From IMG/VR virus record IMGVR_UViG_3300030328_000942, positions 1 to 60,898 of that record: a stretch of DNA of 60,898 bases. One strand, written 5' to 3'. The notes under the pieces are model-generated. The model had not been told where the DNA came from, made no database searches, and worked only from the letters and a program-made list of their open reading frames with translations. Positions 48,345 through 56,258 of the stretch are shown piece after piece. Position numbers and translations under genes: made by a program. Position 1 is the stretch's first letter. Every line of letters starts with the position of its first letter. Origin of the DNA: a virus (Duplodnaviria > Caudoviricetes).

Positions 48345-48466
48345 CTTCCTTGTCCTCTGTATTTTAATTTGTAACCTGTCTGTCCTTTAGAAGCATTTTT
48401 AGAATGTACTCCCGGTCTTTTCTTGTGGGACTTCTCTCTGTATGTAGGGATGAATATCTTAGCCAT
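48341..48466 (-). CDS. 41-aa basic peptide
   Basis: MAKIFIPTYREKSHKKRPGVHSKNASKGQTGYKLKYRGQGR*; overlaps both neighbours. Confidence 0.6.
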   Translation of the reverse strand: MAKIFIPTYREKSHKKRPGVHSKNASKGQTGYKLKYRGQGR

Positions 48467-48804
48467 TATTGAAGTTCGTTTAAAACCTCTTGAATCTCTT
48501 CTATAGTTACAGTGGGTTCAAACATTATATTACCCTCCCAAACTCGTACAGGCTCATTACCTTTCTTTAAAGCTATAACAGGGATTTTGCTAAATTTTTC
48601 TTGAACACTTTTGGGTTGTTCTTCAAGAATTGCCCATTCAAGATTACAACCATTTAAGGTTTGAATAGGTAGGGAGTTGTCTTTATTCCAATTTGCATTT
48701 AAATGAAGCACGGTATAATCATAATCTAAATCTATTTTATTTGCATTCTCAACTGTTGAAGAGAAGGCTAATAGTAATAATAGACTAAGAATTAGATTTT
48801 TCAT
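48466..48804 (-). CDS. Secreted thioredoxin-fold-like protein lacking CxxC
   Basis: Signal peptide; HLNANWN and KIPVI motifs. Confidence 0.5.
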   Translation of the reverse strand: MKNLILSLLLLLAFSSTVENANKIDLDYDYTVLHLNANWNKDNSLPIQTLNGCNLEWAILEEQPKSVQEKFSKIPVIALKKGNEPVRVWEGNIMFEPTVTIEEIQEVLNELQ

Positions 48805-49106
48805 TTTCGTTTATTTTCATAGAGTCGTGCTTCTAATGTTTTTAATGTTTCTTTGATTTCCTTAATATCATCTTTCATTGCGTCCACATCTTGTTGTGTA
48901 AGCATTATAGTTTTTCTTACCACTTCATCTTTATAGTGATACTCTTGTTCTGAAATAACAGGCTCCGGTTTTTCCATTGCTAAAGCAATGTCAGATTTTA
49001 AAGTAAAATAAACTGTCATTATACTTACGAGTACAAATCCTAATCCTGCTGCGTCTTTAAGCGTTAACTTGAAAGTTGTATCTTTGTCTATCTGAGTCAT
49101 CTTCAT
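48801..49106 (-). CDS. Membrane-anchored coiled-coil protein
   Basis: One TM segment then coiled coil; lysis region. Confidence 0.6.
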   Translation of the reverse strand: MKMTQIDKDTTFKLTLKDAAGLGFVLVSIMTVYFTLKSDIALAMEKPEPVISEQEYHYKDEVVRKTIMLTQQDVDAMKDDIKEIKETLKTLEARLYENKRK

Positions 49107-49173
49107 TTACTATTTCATATGTTATTTCAATATCTTTAATGTCTAATGTTATAGATGTTTGATACTCCATATA

Positions 49174-49998
49174 TTAATTTACATATTCAATTAACACTGA
49201 ATTTGTTACATCTCCATTTGTTGATGGATATACGTTAGGGGTGTTGGTTCCTCCTGAACATATAAGTTGGATTTCAAATACATCACCTGCCGTTGCAGCA
49301 ACTATATTAGAACCTGTCATAACTCTTTTGTTTTGACCACCACCAACTGAACCTGTTTGAAATAATCCAATATCATATATGATTCCGGTAGTTACACCTG
49401 CAGTTGTATTAACTGCAACTTGTTGAATTATCATTCCTTCATTTTGGTCAAATAGATTTAGATTAAGAGTTATCTTATAAGCTCCTGTTTTTGGCATAGT
49501 AAATTGTGTAACACCATTTGAACCGGTAAGTCCATTCCAATTAAAAGTTATAGCCCCACCAACAGAGTCGGTAGAGATATTTGTACTTGCCGTATTAAAG
49601 GGAACATTTTTCAAGCCCCCACCTGAAGAACCATTGGTGAAATTAAAATAATTTACATTAGCGGCTCCCGGCTCCCAAGTCGCATACAATACTGTACGAA
49701 TAGGAACTCCCGGAAGTTGAGAGGGATTAATAAGTGCAGCTACATTACTTGCACCTGAACCATCTATATATAGAACATCATTGGCAACTTGGTTAGCAGC
49801 ATCAGTCAAAGCATCTAAAGCTAAAGGTTGAGTAATTTGCCCTGTACCTCCATTTTGAATTGATAAAGGTAGTCCTGTAAGATTACTTACATCTATATCT
49901 CCTACTGCAAACTTTGCATTAACACCACCCTCTAATCCTACTATCTCGGTAGTTGCTGATGGACCTACTGCGTTAAACTGTGAAAATTTTGTTGCCAT
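49174..49998 (-). CDS. Structural/fibre-like protein
   Basis: LSIQNGGTG motif, beta-rich C-terminus. Confidence 0.55.
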   Translation of the reverse strand: MATKFSQFNAVGPSATTEIVGLEGGVNAKFAVGDIDVSNLTGLPLSIQNGGTGQITQPLALDALTDAANQVANDVLYIDGSGASNVAALINPSQLPGVPIRTVLYATWEPGAANVNYFNFTNGSSGGGLKNVPFNTASTNISTDSVGGAITFNWNGLTGSNGVTQFTMPKTGAYKITLNLNLFDQNEGMIIQQVAVNTTAGVTTGIIYDIGLFQTGSVGGGQNKRVMTGSNIVAATAGDVFEIQLICSGGTNTPNVYPSTNGDVTNSVLIEYVN

Positions 49999-50007
49999 AA
50001 TTTTATT

Positions 50008-50166
50008 TTATTCTGTTGTTAAATCTACACCATTCTCATCGACTATTTGGTCATTAGCAGGAACGAATGTAGCTTCCGTTATCAAAAGTGAGGGTGAGGG
50101 TGCCGCACCGCCTCCACTCATTATAGTGGTTAGTATTGCATTCCCTATAGCTATTATACTACCCAT
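50008..50166 (-). CDS. 52-aa hypothetical structural peptide
   Basis: MGSIIAIGNAIL...ENGVDLTTE* fills the gap. Confidence 0.5.
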   Translation of the reverse strand: MGSIIAIGNAILTTIMSGGGAAPSPSLLITEATFVPANDQIVDENGVDLTTE

Positions 50167-50167
50167 C

Positions 50168-50641
50168 TTACCATAATGCTATTATTCCACTTGCAGTTGT
50201 TCCTGTGGCTTGTACACACTTAACCATAATTGGAATAAACGATGCATTAGCTACATTAGTTAATTGTACTGTATCTCCGCCTACTGTTGTGATAGCAAGT
50301 GTTCCGCCTGTTCCTACGAACAATACAGGACCTTCACTATTATTAGTATTGTAGACTGCATAACCTTCAGGTTGTGCAGCAAAGATATTAGCACTCAAAC
50401 TTAACGTAGTATTGCTATCTACATTAGTAACTGTTGCTACTGCGTTTGTCGTAGTATTATAAACCGTTGCTCCGGGAATAATACTCTTCGTTAAAAACAA
50501 TGCAGTGGAGTCAACTAATTTATTGGCAGTGTTAGCATCTGTAGTTCCTTCATCTGCTTTATCTCCCGGTGACGGGATGATAATATCATCTGTTGGATAT
50601 ACAGGTATAGCTCTTCGACCTTGTAATTTTTGATACGCCAT
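50168..50641 (-). CDS. Structural protein
   Basis: LFVGTGG...FIPIMV...TGTTASGIIALW. Confidence 0.6.
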   Translation of the reverse strand: MAYQKLQGRRAIPVYPTDDIIIPSPGDKADEGTTDANTANKLVDSTALFLTKSIIPGATVYNTTTNAVATVTNVDSNTTLSLSANIFAAQPEGYAVYNTNNSEGPVLFVGTGGTLAITTVGGDTVQLTNVANASFIPIMVKCVQATGTTASGIIALW

Positions 50642-50646
50642 AATTT

Positions 50647-50814
50647 TTATTTTTGATAGGGTATTATTCTGTTTAAGGTATCACGCCTTTTATCGCAACC
50701 ACAGTCCGACCCTAACTTTTTCGACACTGTATCTACTGCTGACTTAATCCCTGTTATACGTGTAACCTTTGCGATTGTGTCACCAAAACCTTTTGATTTC
50801 TCTTTCAGTTTCAT
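50647..50814 (-). CDS. 55-aa protein with DCGC motif
   Basis: KSKGFGDTIAKVT..TGIK...DCGCDKRRDTLN. Confidence 0.65.
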   Translation of the reverse strand: MKLKEKSKGFGDTIAKVTRITGIKSAVDTVSKKLGSDCGCDKRRDTLNRIIPYQK

Positions 50815-50951
50815 TTTTTACAAACGCACTTTGAGATAGGGCATTCATCGACTTTTACAATTAGTTTGGAAATTAACCAATTCCATTTGCATAGAGTTTT
50901 TCTCCAAACCTTTTGCATCCATAAACCTATCTTTACTAATAGCTTACCCAT
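50811..50951 (-). CDS. 46-aa Cys/Trp-containing peptide
   Basis: MGKLLVKIGLWMQK...ECPISKCVCKK*; ATGA overlap. Confidence 0.5.
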   Translation of the reverse strand: MGKLLVKIGLWMQKVWRKTLCKWNWLISKLIVKVDECPISKCVCKK

Positions 50952-50952
50952 A

Positions 50953-51153
50953 TTATTTTTTGCTTATGATTCTATCATTAGAACCTAAATGCTCTTCGTA
51001 CTTCATAGAGTGGTCTCCACTATAAGCGTGACCTGTCATTTTTTTAGCCATTCCTTTAGACTCATCTCTTCTATCTTTCATAGATTGTTTATGAGCACCT
51101 CTGTGCTTCATTCCTAAAGACTCATCTAATCTTGCATTATAACCTTGTTTCAT
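50953..51153 (-). CDS. Small basic protein
   Basis: KQGYNARLDESLGMK...KDRRDESKGM. Confidence 0.7.
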   Translation of the reverse strand: MKQGYNARLDESLGMKHRGAHKQSMKDRRDESKGMAKKMTGHAYSGDHSMKYEEHLGSNDRIISKK

Positions 51154-51167
51154 AACTTTACTTTTAA

Positions 51168-51362
51168 TTAGTTTTTGCAGCCAAAGTTGTTTGCGAAATT
51201 CGCCATCTTGACTACGTTGGGTTTATACTTCTTTTTATTTTTCATTACTGCACCTGCAGCAGCACATACCGATTTACCCGGCATATTCTTTTTAACCCAA
51301 TTGGTAAATTTACCTTCATTGGATTCTTTGATTTTTATATCATCTTTTTTCTTTCTTGCCAT
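51168..51362 (-). CDS. Small basic protein
   Basis: EGKFTNWVKK...KMANFANNF. Confidence 0.7.
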   Translation of the reverse strand: MARKKKDDIKIKESNEGKFTNWVKKNMPGKSVCAAAGAVMKNKKKYKPNVVKMANFANNFGCKN

Positions 51363-51382
51363 AACGGTACGTATTTAAGTTA

Positions 51383-51390
51383 CAAAGATA
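51383..51390 (-). promoter_or_regulatory. Late promoter -7 box TATCTTTG
   Basis: Recurrent intergenic motif. Confidence 0.55.
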
Positions 51391-51426
51391 CTAATATTTT
51401 CCTTTTCAATTTTTCGCATCTATGGA

Positions 51427-51588
51427 TTAGTAACCAATTTTAGGGGTATACATATTTGGGTTCTTCTTAAGTGAGCCTCCCATTACTTTAGCAAACTCTA
51501 CTGCTTGAGCTTTTCCCATTGCATTATAAGGAAACTCTTTAGTTTTCGTTTTTCCTGTTTTCCCGCATTTGTATTTTACTGTTGGCAT
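51427..51588 (-). CDS. 53-aa basic protein
   Basis: MPTVKYKCGKTGKTKTKEFPYNAMGKAQA...*. Confidence 0.55.
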   Translation of the reverse strand: MPTVKYKCGKTGKTKTKEFPYNAMGKAQAVEFAKVMGGSLKKNPNMYTPKIGY

Positions 51589-51684
51589 ATCTAATCTTTT
51601 TATTTAATTCATCTATAGTGTTCACCCAATCTTCTTGTAATCGATTTCTATTGTATTGTTCGATTAACCATTTATCACTGAACG

Positions 51685-51864
51685 TCACGAGTAACTACCG
51701 AACCTTCCTTTTTTAGGATTTAAAAAAGAGAGCCCTGCAAGACCGCTTGGGTTTTTGGACTTCCTTTTATTATTCCTACCATAATTGTTTGGCTTGTTCT
51801 TTACAATCTTGGCTGCTTGTGAATTTTTAAAAGCAGTGCTATTAAAATCTAAGTTGTCCGGCAT
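51685..51864 (-). CDS. 59-aa basic protein
   Basis: ATG just downstream of the -7 box at 51881. Confidence 0.45.
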   Translation of the reverse strand: MPDNLDFNSTAFKNSQAAKIVKNKPNNYGRNNKRKSKNPSGLAGLSFLNPKKGRFGSYS

Positions 51865-51880
51865 AATTATTACTTTTGTA

Positions 51881-51888
51881 CAAAGTTA
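51881..51888 (-). promoter_or_regulatory. Late promoter -7 box TAACTTTG
   Basis: Recurrent intergenic motif. Confidence 0.55.
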
Positions 51889-51909
51889 ATAAATTAAATC
51901 TATTATATT

Positions 51910-52344
51910 TTGAACAACGACTATTTAAAATATTGGCGAGTAATACGTCAATATATAAAAATAAAATACGGACTAACTCAGTCTGATTTAGATGTAATAC
52001 TTTTTTTAAATTCCGAAGATTACTTTTCCAAAGATAAGTTTGAAGAGTTTGATAGAATCTTATCTTGGGATGAGAATCGATTTAATAAGCTATTAAGAGA
52101 TGGATGGGTAGAGGTATTTAGAAAACGAAAAGGAAAGACTAAAGGATTATACAATCTATCTTATAAAGCAAAAAGAGTTATTACTTCAGTATATAAAAAA
52201 CTTAATGGGGAAGAACTCCCTACATCTCCTTCGCAGAACCCTATGTTCTTAAAGAATGTTTCCTATAGCGATAGAAGGTATAGAGAAGCTATTATAAATA
52301 TGAATGAGTTTATAAGACAACAACGACATCTCTCTCCTGAATAA
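51910..52344 (+). CDS. Winged-helix (MarR-like) DNA-binding protein; only rightward gene in the late arm
   Basis: YGLTQSDLDVILFL...LLRDGWVEV...YNLSYKAK pattern. Confidence 0.6.
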   Translation: MNNDYLKYWRVIRQYIKIKYGLTQSDLDVILFLNSEDYFSKDKFEEFDRILSWDENRFNKLLRDGWVEVFRKRKGKTKGLYNLSYKAKRVITSVYKKLNGEELPTSPSQNPMFLKNVSYSDRRYREAIINMNEFIRQQRHLSPE

Positions 52345-52567
52345 TTGTAACAGTCTCACTGTTGATTATTAAAGTGTAAGAGTTTCGTGTGTCATAATAG
52401 ATGAGGTCATCTTTTTTTAAATTACAACATTCAGAACCCGGTAAAATAATTTTACCCTTTTGATATCTAAAAGATTGTGCATCTTCATTAGATAATAACA
52501 AACCGCTTTCGGTTTTAATCTCTTCTTCTATCTTTTGTATTACTACGTTTTTTCCTATTGCTTTCAT
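52310..52567 (-). CDS. groES: Co-chaperonin GroES-like
   Basis: MKAIGKNVVI...KTESGLLL...G.I...G...DDLIYY...ERDVV; downstream of groEL. Confidence 0.85.
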   Translation of the reverse strand: MKAIGKNVVIQKIEEEIKTESGLLLSNEDAQSFRYQKGKIILPGSECCNLKKDDLIYYDTRNSYTLIINSETVTIIQERDVVVVL

Positions 52568-52795
52568 TAGATTTAATTTTATTCTCTTCAGGAAATGATT
52601 TTTCTAAAAACTTTATTGTTGCGTTATTTAATTTTCTCTTTCTCATTTCTATTTATGTACTCACCGTCTTTATATACTACGTATTTATTTTTTCTAAGAA
52701 GGTTAATAGCTTTTTTTATCTGTCTTTCATTTTCACGAAAGGCTTCAAAAATCTGATTATGTATTGGCATATACTTGTATTAGTTAAACTTACTT

Positions 52796-54400
52796 TTATT
52801 TGGTGTCATAACTACGTGCCATTGTTACAATTGCATTGGTAGATAAAATAGTAACCGCTACCGATACTGCATTCTGTAAAGCTTGTCTTGTAACCTTAAC
52901 AGGGTCAATCACCCCAAGAGTCATTAGATAGCCATACTTTTCTTTTTTTACATCATATCCATATAGAGCTCCTTTACAATCATCATAGATTACATCAGCA
53001 TCTAATCCTGCGTTCTCTAAGATTTGATAAAGCGGTGCTTTAAGGGATTCAGCTAAAACTGCGTAAGCAGTTTTTTTTGCGTAATCTTTTTCAGAAGATT
53101 CTTTTATAGAATAACTTTTATGAAAGTTGTATAATGATAATCCACCTCCCGGTAGTATACCTTCTTCAAGTGCAGAGCGTACTGCACATACCGCATCATC
53201 TACACGGTCATATAATTCTTTCTGCTCAAGGTCAGTGTTACCTCCCACATATACCACTCCTATCCCACCGGATAGCGAAGCAATACGTTGGTTAATAAAC
53301 TCACGGTTTGTTTTATCTTTTTCATTTTTGTGAGCCTCCTGAAGTTGAGCTATTCTTTCAGTTACTTCTTCTGTCGTCTCTTCATCATCCTTGACGATGA
53401 CCGTTGAGTCCCGGCTAACTATCACCTTAGCACAGTGACCCAAATCGTTGAAATTAATCAAACTCAAGTCATCGCCTGTCTTTTCACTAAAATACTTAGC
53501 ACCTACACTTATCGCAATATCTTGCATAAGCTCGTGTTGCCTGTATCCAAAGTCAGGAGGGTTTATCGTACAAACCTTTAATCCATTCTTAATTACATTA
53601 GCCGCTAAAGTATTTACTACATTAGTTGAGCAATGACCAATCAATAAAAGTTTTTTACCTTCATTGATAATTGGTTTAAGAACATTTTCAATTTGTAATA
53701 TGTTATTTATCTCAGTGTCGCATACTAATACATAAGTGTCTTCAAAGACACACTCGTCTCTCTTTTGGTCATTGATAAATAAGTTAGATGCATATCCTCT
53801 TTTTACCTTAATCCCTTTTGTGGTTTCATAATAGGTTGAGGAGGTTTTACTTTTCTCTACTGTTACTACACCATCTTTACCTACACTCTCATACACATCA
53901 GCTATGATATCACCCACTTGCTTATCATTGTTCGCTGAGATAATAGCTACGTCACGTAATCTTTTTGGGTCAAGTGTTTTACCTTTTACCTTTAGCGACT
54001 TCGATATCTGTTTGGTTTCTTCTACGATGTGTCTTAATACTTCGGTTCGATTGTCGTTATCAATTAATTCGGTTCCTGCATTTACTAATGCCTCTGCTAA
54101 TACAATAGCAGTTGTGGTTCCATCACCGGCTGAGGATGCAGTTCTATCGGCTGCCTCTTTCATCATCCTAACCGCAAGGTTCTCTACCGGGTCTAATAAT
54201 GAAATAGACTTCGCTACAGTCACACCGTCTTTTGTTACAGTGATTCCGTGTAAGTGTTCGGGTGATTCTATTAATACAGTATTACCTCTTGGACCTAATG
54301 TTGACTTAACTGCATTAGCTATTTTATTTATACCGCTTATAAGTTTGGTTCTACCTTCATCAGAAAAATGAAGTTCTTTGGGAGTGAATCCTTGTTGCAT
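52796..54400 (-). CDS. groEL: Chaperonin GroEL-like
   Basis: STLGPRG, TKDGVTVAK, AGDGTTTA, EGILPGGG, GVIDPVKVTR. Confidence 0.97.
   Translation of the reverse strand: MQQGFTPKELHFSDEGRTKLISGINKIANAVKSTLGPRGNTVLIESPEHLHGITVTKDGVTVAKSISLLDPVENLAVRMMKEAADRTASSAGDGTTTAIVLAEALVNAGTELIDNDNRTEVLRHIVEETKQISKSLKVKGKTLDPKRLRDVAIISANNDKQVGDIIADVYESVGKDGVVTVEKSKTSSTYYETTKGIKVKRGYASNLFINDQKRDECVFEDTYVLVCDTEINNILQIENVLKPIINEGKKLLLIGHCSTNVVNTLAANVIKNGLKVCTINPPDFGYRQHELMQDIAISVGAKYFSEKTGDDLSLINFNDLGHCAKVIVSRDSTVIVKDDEETTEEVTERIAQLQEAHKNEKDKTNREFINQRIASLSGGIGVVYVGGNTDLEQKELYDRVDDAVCAVRSALEEGILPGGGLSLYNFHKSYSIKESSEKDYAKKTAYAVLAESLKAPLYQILENAGLDADVIYDDCKGALYGYDVKKEKYGYLMTLGVIDPVKVTRQALQNAVSVAVTILSTNAIVTMARSYDTK
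53736..53751 (+). repeat. 16-bp palindrome copy 12, inside groEL (CVFEDT)
   Basis: Read directly; the only asymmetric copy oriented against local transcription. Confidence 0.95.
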
Positions 54401-54426
54401 AGTTTTATTTGATTTGAATTATTATG

Positions 54427-54434
54427 CAAAGATA
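54427..54434 (-). promoter_or_regulatory. -7 box TATCTTTG upstream of groEL
   Basis: Recurrent motif. Confidence 0.6.
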
Positions 54435-54479
54435 TAAAAAATAATAATGGTAACCTATGGTGCTTAGTTTTAATGTTCC

Positions 54480-54632
54480 TATACTACTACTACTACTTTA
54501 TATGTAATAATATTATTTCCCCTATGATAGCTTTAAAGTTGTCAAACTTAACACTTTTATAGTTAACTAATTGATTTACAATAACTTAACTAATTTAAAC
54601 TTAACACTAAGTCAACACTAAGTCAACACTAT
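54480..54632 (+). other. Origin-like element B: AT-rich tract, IHF-consensus box (54564-54576), 11-bp iterons (54545-54555, 54598-54630)
   Basis: TAACTAATTGATT; AACTTAACACT-AAGTCAACACT-AAGTCAACACT; same box-to-iteron spacing as element A. Confidence 0.55.
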
Positions 54633-54650
54633 AATAAAAAACAAGACACA

Positions 54651-54681
54651 AAAAAAGAGAGTCGGGGAGACTCTCTCTTTC
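54651..54681 (-). terminator. Intrinsic terminator
   Basis: Minus strand AGAGAGTC-TCCCC-GACTCTCT-TTTTT. Confidence 0.7.
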
Positions 54682-54724
54682 AATCAAACATCAAACACTA
54701 TAATTTACGACACACTATAGTTTC

Positions 54725-54931
54725 TTAAATATCTCTTTTAAATAAGTCAATGTTAGCATTAGCTAATTCATTTCCTTCTGCAATCATTTGCACCTTCTCA
54801 AATCTATCCTTTGCCTTTTTCATCATAGCAAGTCTTTGGATTCCCATTTCAGGTGAAGGAGCGTCATTGATTAACCTGCCCCCTTTAACTTCATAACCCA
54901 TCATTGATGGTGGTACACTAAACTTTTTCAT
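54725..54931 (-). CDS. Hypothetical protein, first gene of leftward arm
   Basis: ORF track; own -7 box and terminator. Confidence 0.7.
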   Translation of the reverse strand: MKKFSVPPSMMGYEVKGGRLINDAPSPEMGIQRLAMMKKAKDRFEKVQMIAEGNELANANIDLFKRDI

Positions 54932-54950
54932 ATCTGTAGTTTTCTTTATA

Positions 54951-54958
54951 CAAAGATA
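54951..54958 (-). promoter_or_regulatory. Late promoter -7 box TATCTTTG
   Basis: Recurrent motif. Confidence 0.55.
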
Positions 54959-55121
54959 ATAAAATTTTATTAGATATGTGGAGTCTTTGGGTTCCCCTTG
55001 AAAAATTAAAAAGCCCCCCCCTACCGAAAGTCAAAAAAAAAACTGATGGGGGGTAGTGTTTTCGGTGGTGAGGTTCCAAATTTTTTCGCTTTTTTCCTGT
55101 TACCTGTTGCCCTCCTGTAGT

Positions 55122-55157
55122 CCTCCGCTCCTCCGCTCCGCTCCTCCGCTCTGCTCT
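55122..55157 (+). repeat. (CCT)CCGCT pyrimidine-rich micro-repeat in the divergent non-coding region
   Basis: cctccgctcctccgctccgctcctccgctctgctct. Confidence 0.7.
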
Positions 55158-55228
55158 CGTTCTACCTCTGCTCTTGCTATGCATTCCCTCTGTTGATGAG
55201 GTACATCCATAGATAGAAAGTAAATAGA

Positions 55229-55244
55229 GTGTCTTTAACGACAC
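55229..55244. repeat. 16-bp palindrome copy 13 (variant GTGTCTTTAACGACAC)
   Basis: One mismatch to consensus. Confidence 0.8.
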
Positions 55245-55406
55245 TAAATGAGTAATCTACTGATAGACATACAGAGATTCCTCTTAACCTCTGCTTGACA
55301 TTTATTTGCCCATTACAAACCATAGTGAACAGAGTGTTTGTAATCTATTGAAACACAAAGAGAACAAAAGAATTAGACTAAGGATGAAAGAAAATTGAAA
55401 TTTATA

Positions 55407-55437
55407 GTTGATAATCCAAAATAATGTTGTATTATTG
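55407..55437 (+). promoter_or_regulatory. Probable first early promoter (GTTG-19 nt-TATTATTG)
   Basis: Near-consensus, upstream of the first rightward gene. Confidence 0.45.
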
Positions 55438-55498
55438 AACTATGGATGAACGAGGAATAAACCTTTAGTAAACATAAACACTTAAAAATCAAACAATT

Positions 55499-56146
55499 AT
55501 GAGAAATTTAATGCAAATCGAGGCAGACTTTTTAGCATCTGCACAAGTTCGTAGCCAAGTTAACTTTGCTACAATCGAGAATCTAATCACTGAGGTAGCT
55601 GATGCGAAGAAATCGAAGTTCGACAAATCACTGAAGTTAGCGAAGTTAGTACACGAATCTGTAGTATGGTTTAACGAAGATAGAACTAAGACTCAGTTAG
55701 AGGAGGAAGGAATCGAATGGAGCAATGTAGAAGTATTTTTTAACAGAGTATTTGGATGGCAAAAGTCGTTTGGCTACAAGATGGCTAAGGCAGGTAAATT
55801 ACAATTTACTGAGCCATCTGTGGTTACGAAGTTCAAGAGAAAATGTACTACTGCAGAGAACAATGGCGAGGATGTAAGAAGAAGTATTGAAGCTTTATTG
55901 AAGTTCGCTAAAAATGAGGAGAATGGTACAGAGGGAGAGAATGAGGTTAGCAGAGGGAAAGCATTGGCAACATTCAGTATCGCTAAAGATGGATTGAATG
56001 GTGACAAAGGAGTTTCTGCAAGACTTACGAGAGATGGTCAAGTATCTATTAGTGGTGAATTTGAAAATGAGGATGTTTCAAGAAGAGTAGCGGGTTTATT
56101 CGCTGAGTTGAAATTGGAGTTAGAGAGATACAATCTCAATCAGTAA
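55499..56146 (+). CDS. Hypothetical early protein
   Basis: ORF track; first gene of rightward arm. Confidence 0.8.
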   Translation: MRNLMQIEADFLASAQVRSQVNFATIENLITEVADAKKSKFDKSLKLAKLVHESVVWFNEDRTKTQLEEEGIEWSNVEVFFNRVFGWQKSFGYKMAKAGKLQFTEPSVVTKFKRKCTTAENNGEDVRRSIEALLKFAKNEENGTEGENEVSRGKALATFSIAKDGLNGDKGVSARLTRDGQVSISGEFENEDVSRRVAGLFAELKLELERYNLNQ

Positions 56147-56160
56147 TCAAACAAGGGGTA

Positions 56161-56176
56161 GTGTCTTCAAAGACAC
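56161..56176 (+). repeat. 16-bp palindrome copy 14; extended hairpin 56154-56182 abuts hammerhead 1
   Basis: AGGGGTA-palindrome-TATCCT. Confidence 0.95.
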
Positions 56177-56181
56177 TATCC

Positions 56182-56232
56182 TCTGTCCACAGATGAGTGT
56201 CTGTGCTGATGAGTTCAAAAGAACGAAACAGA
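56182..56232 (+). ncRNA. Hammerhead ribozyme 1 (type III), predicted cleavage GUC^ after 56187
   Basis: UCUG-UC | CACAGA-UGAGUG-UCUGUG | CUGAUGA | GUUC-AAAA-GAAC | GAAA | CAGA: full core and three stems. Confidence 0.92.
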
Positions 56233-56258
56233 AAACCAACAAATAATTAAATTAAATT

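Noticed and set aside
13420-54371. Numerous + strand ORFs within the structural arm (e.g. 17742-18314, 19279-20049, 22866-23357, 53904-54371)
   Set aside because: Antisense shadows of long minus-strand genes with Ser/Phe/Leu-rich composition; only 51910-52344 occupies its own space
55193-55225. Fifth hammerhead at TTGATGAG...GAAAG
   Set aside because: Core is UUGAUGA rather than CUGAUGA, and no convincing stems I-III
54918-55244. 108-aa minus-strand ORF
   Set aside because: Runs through low-complexity repeats and homopolymer tracts and over the -7 box of the next gene
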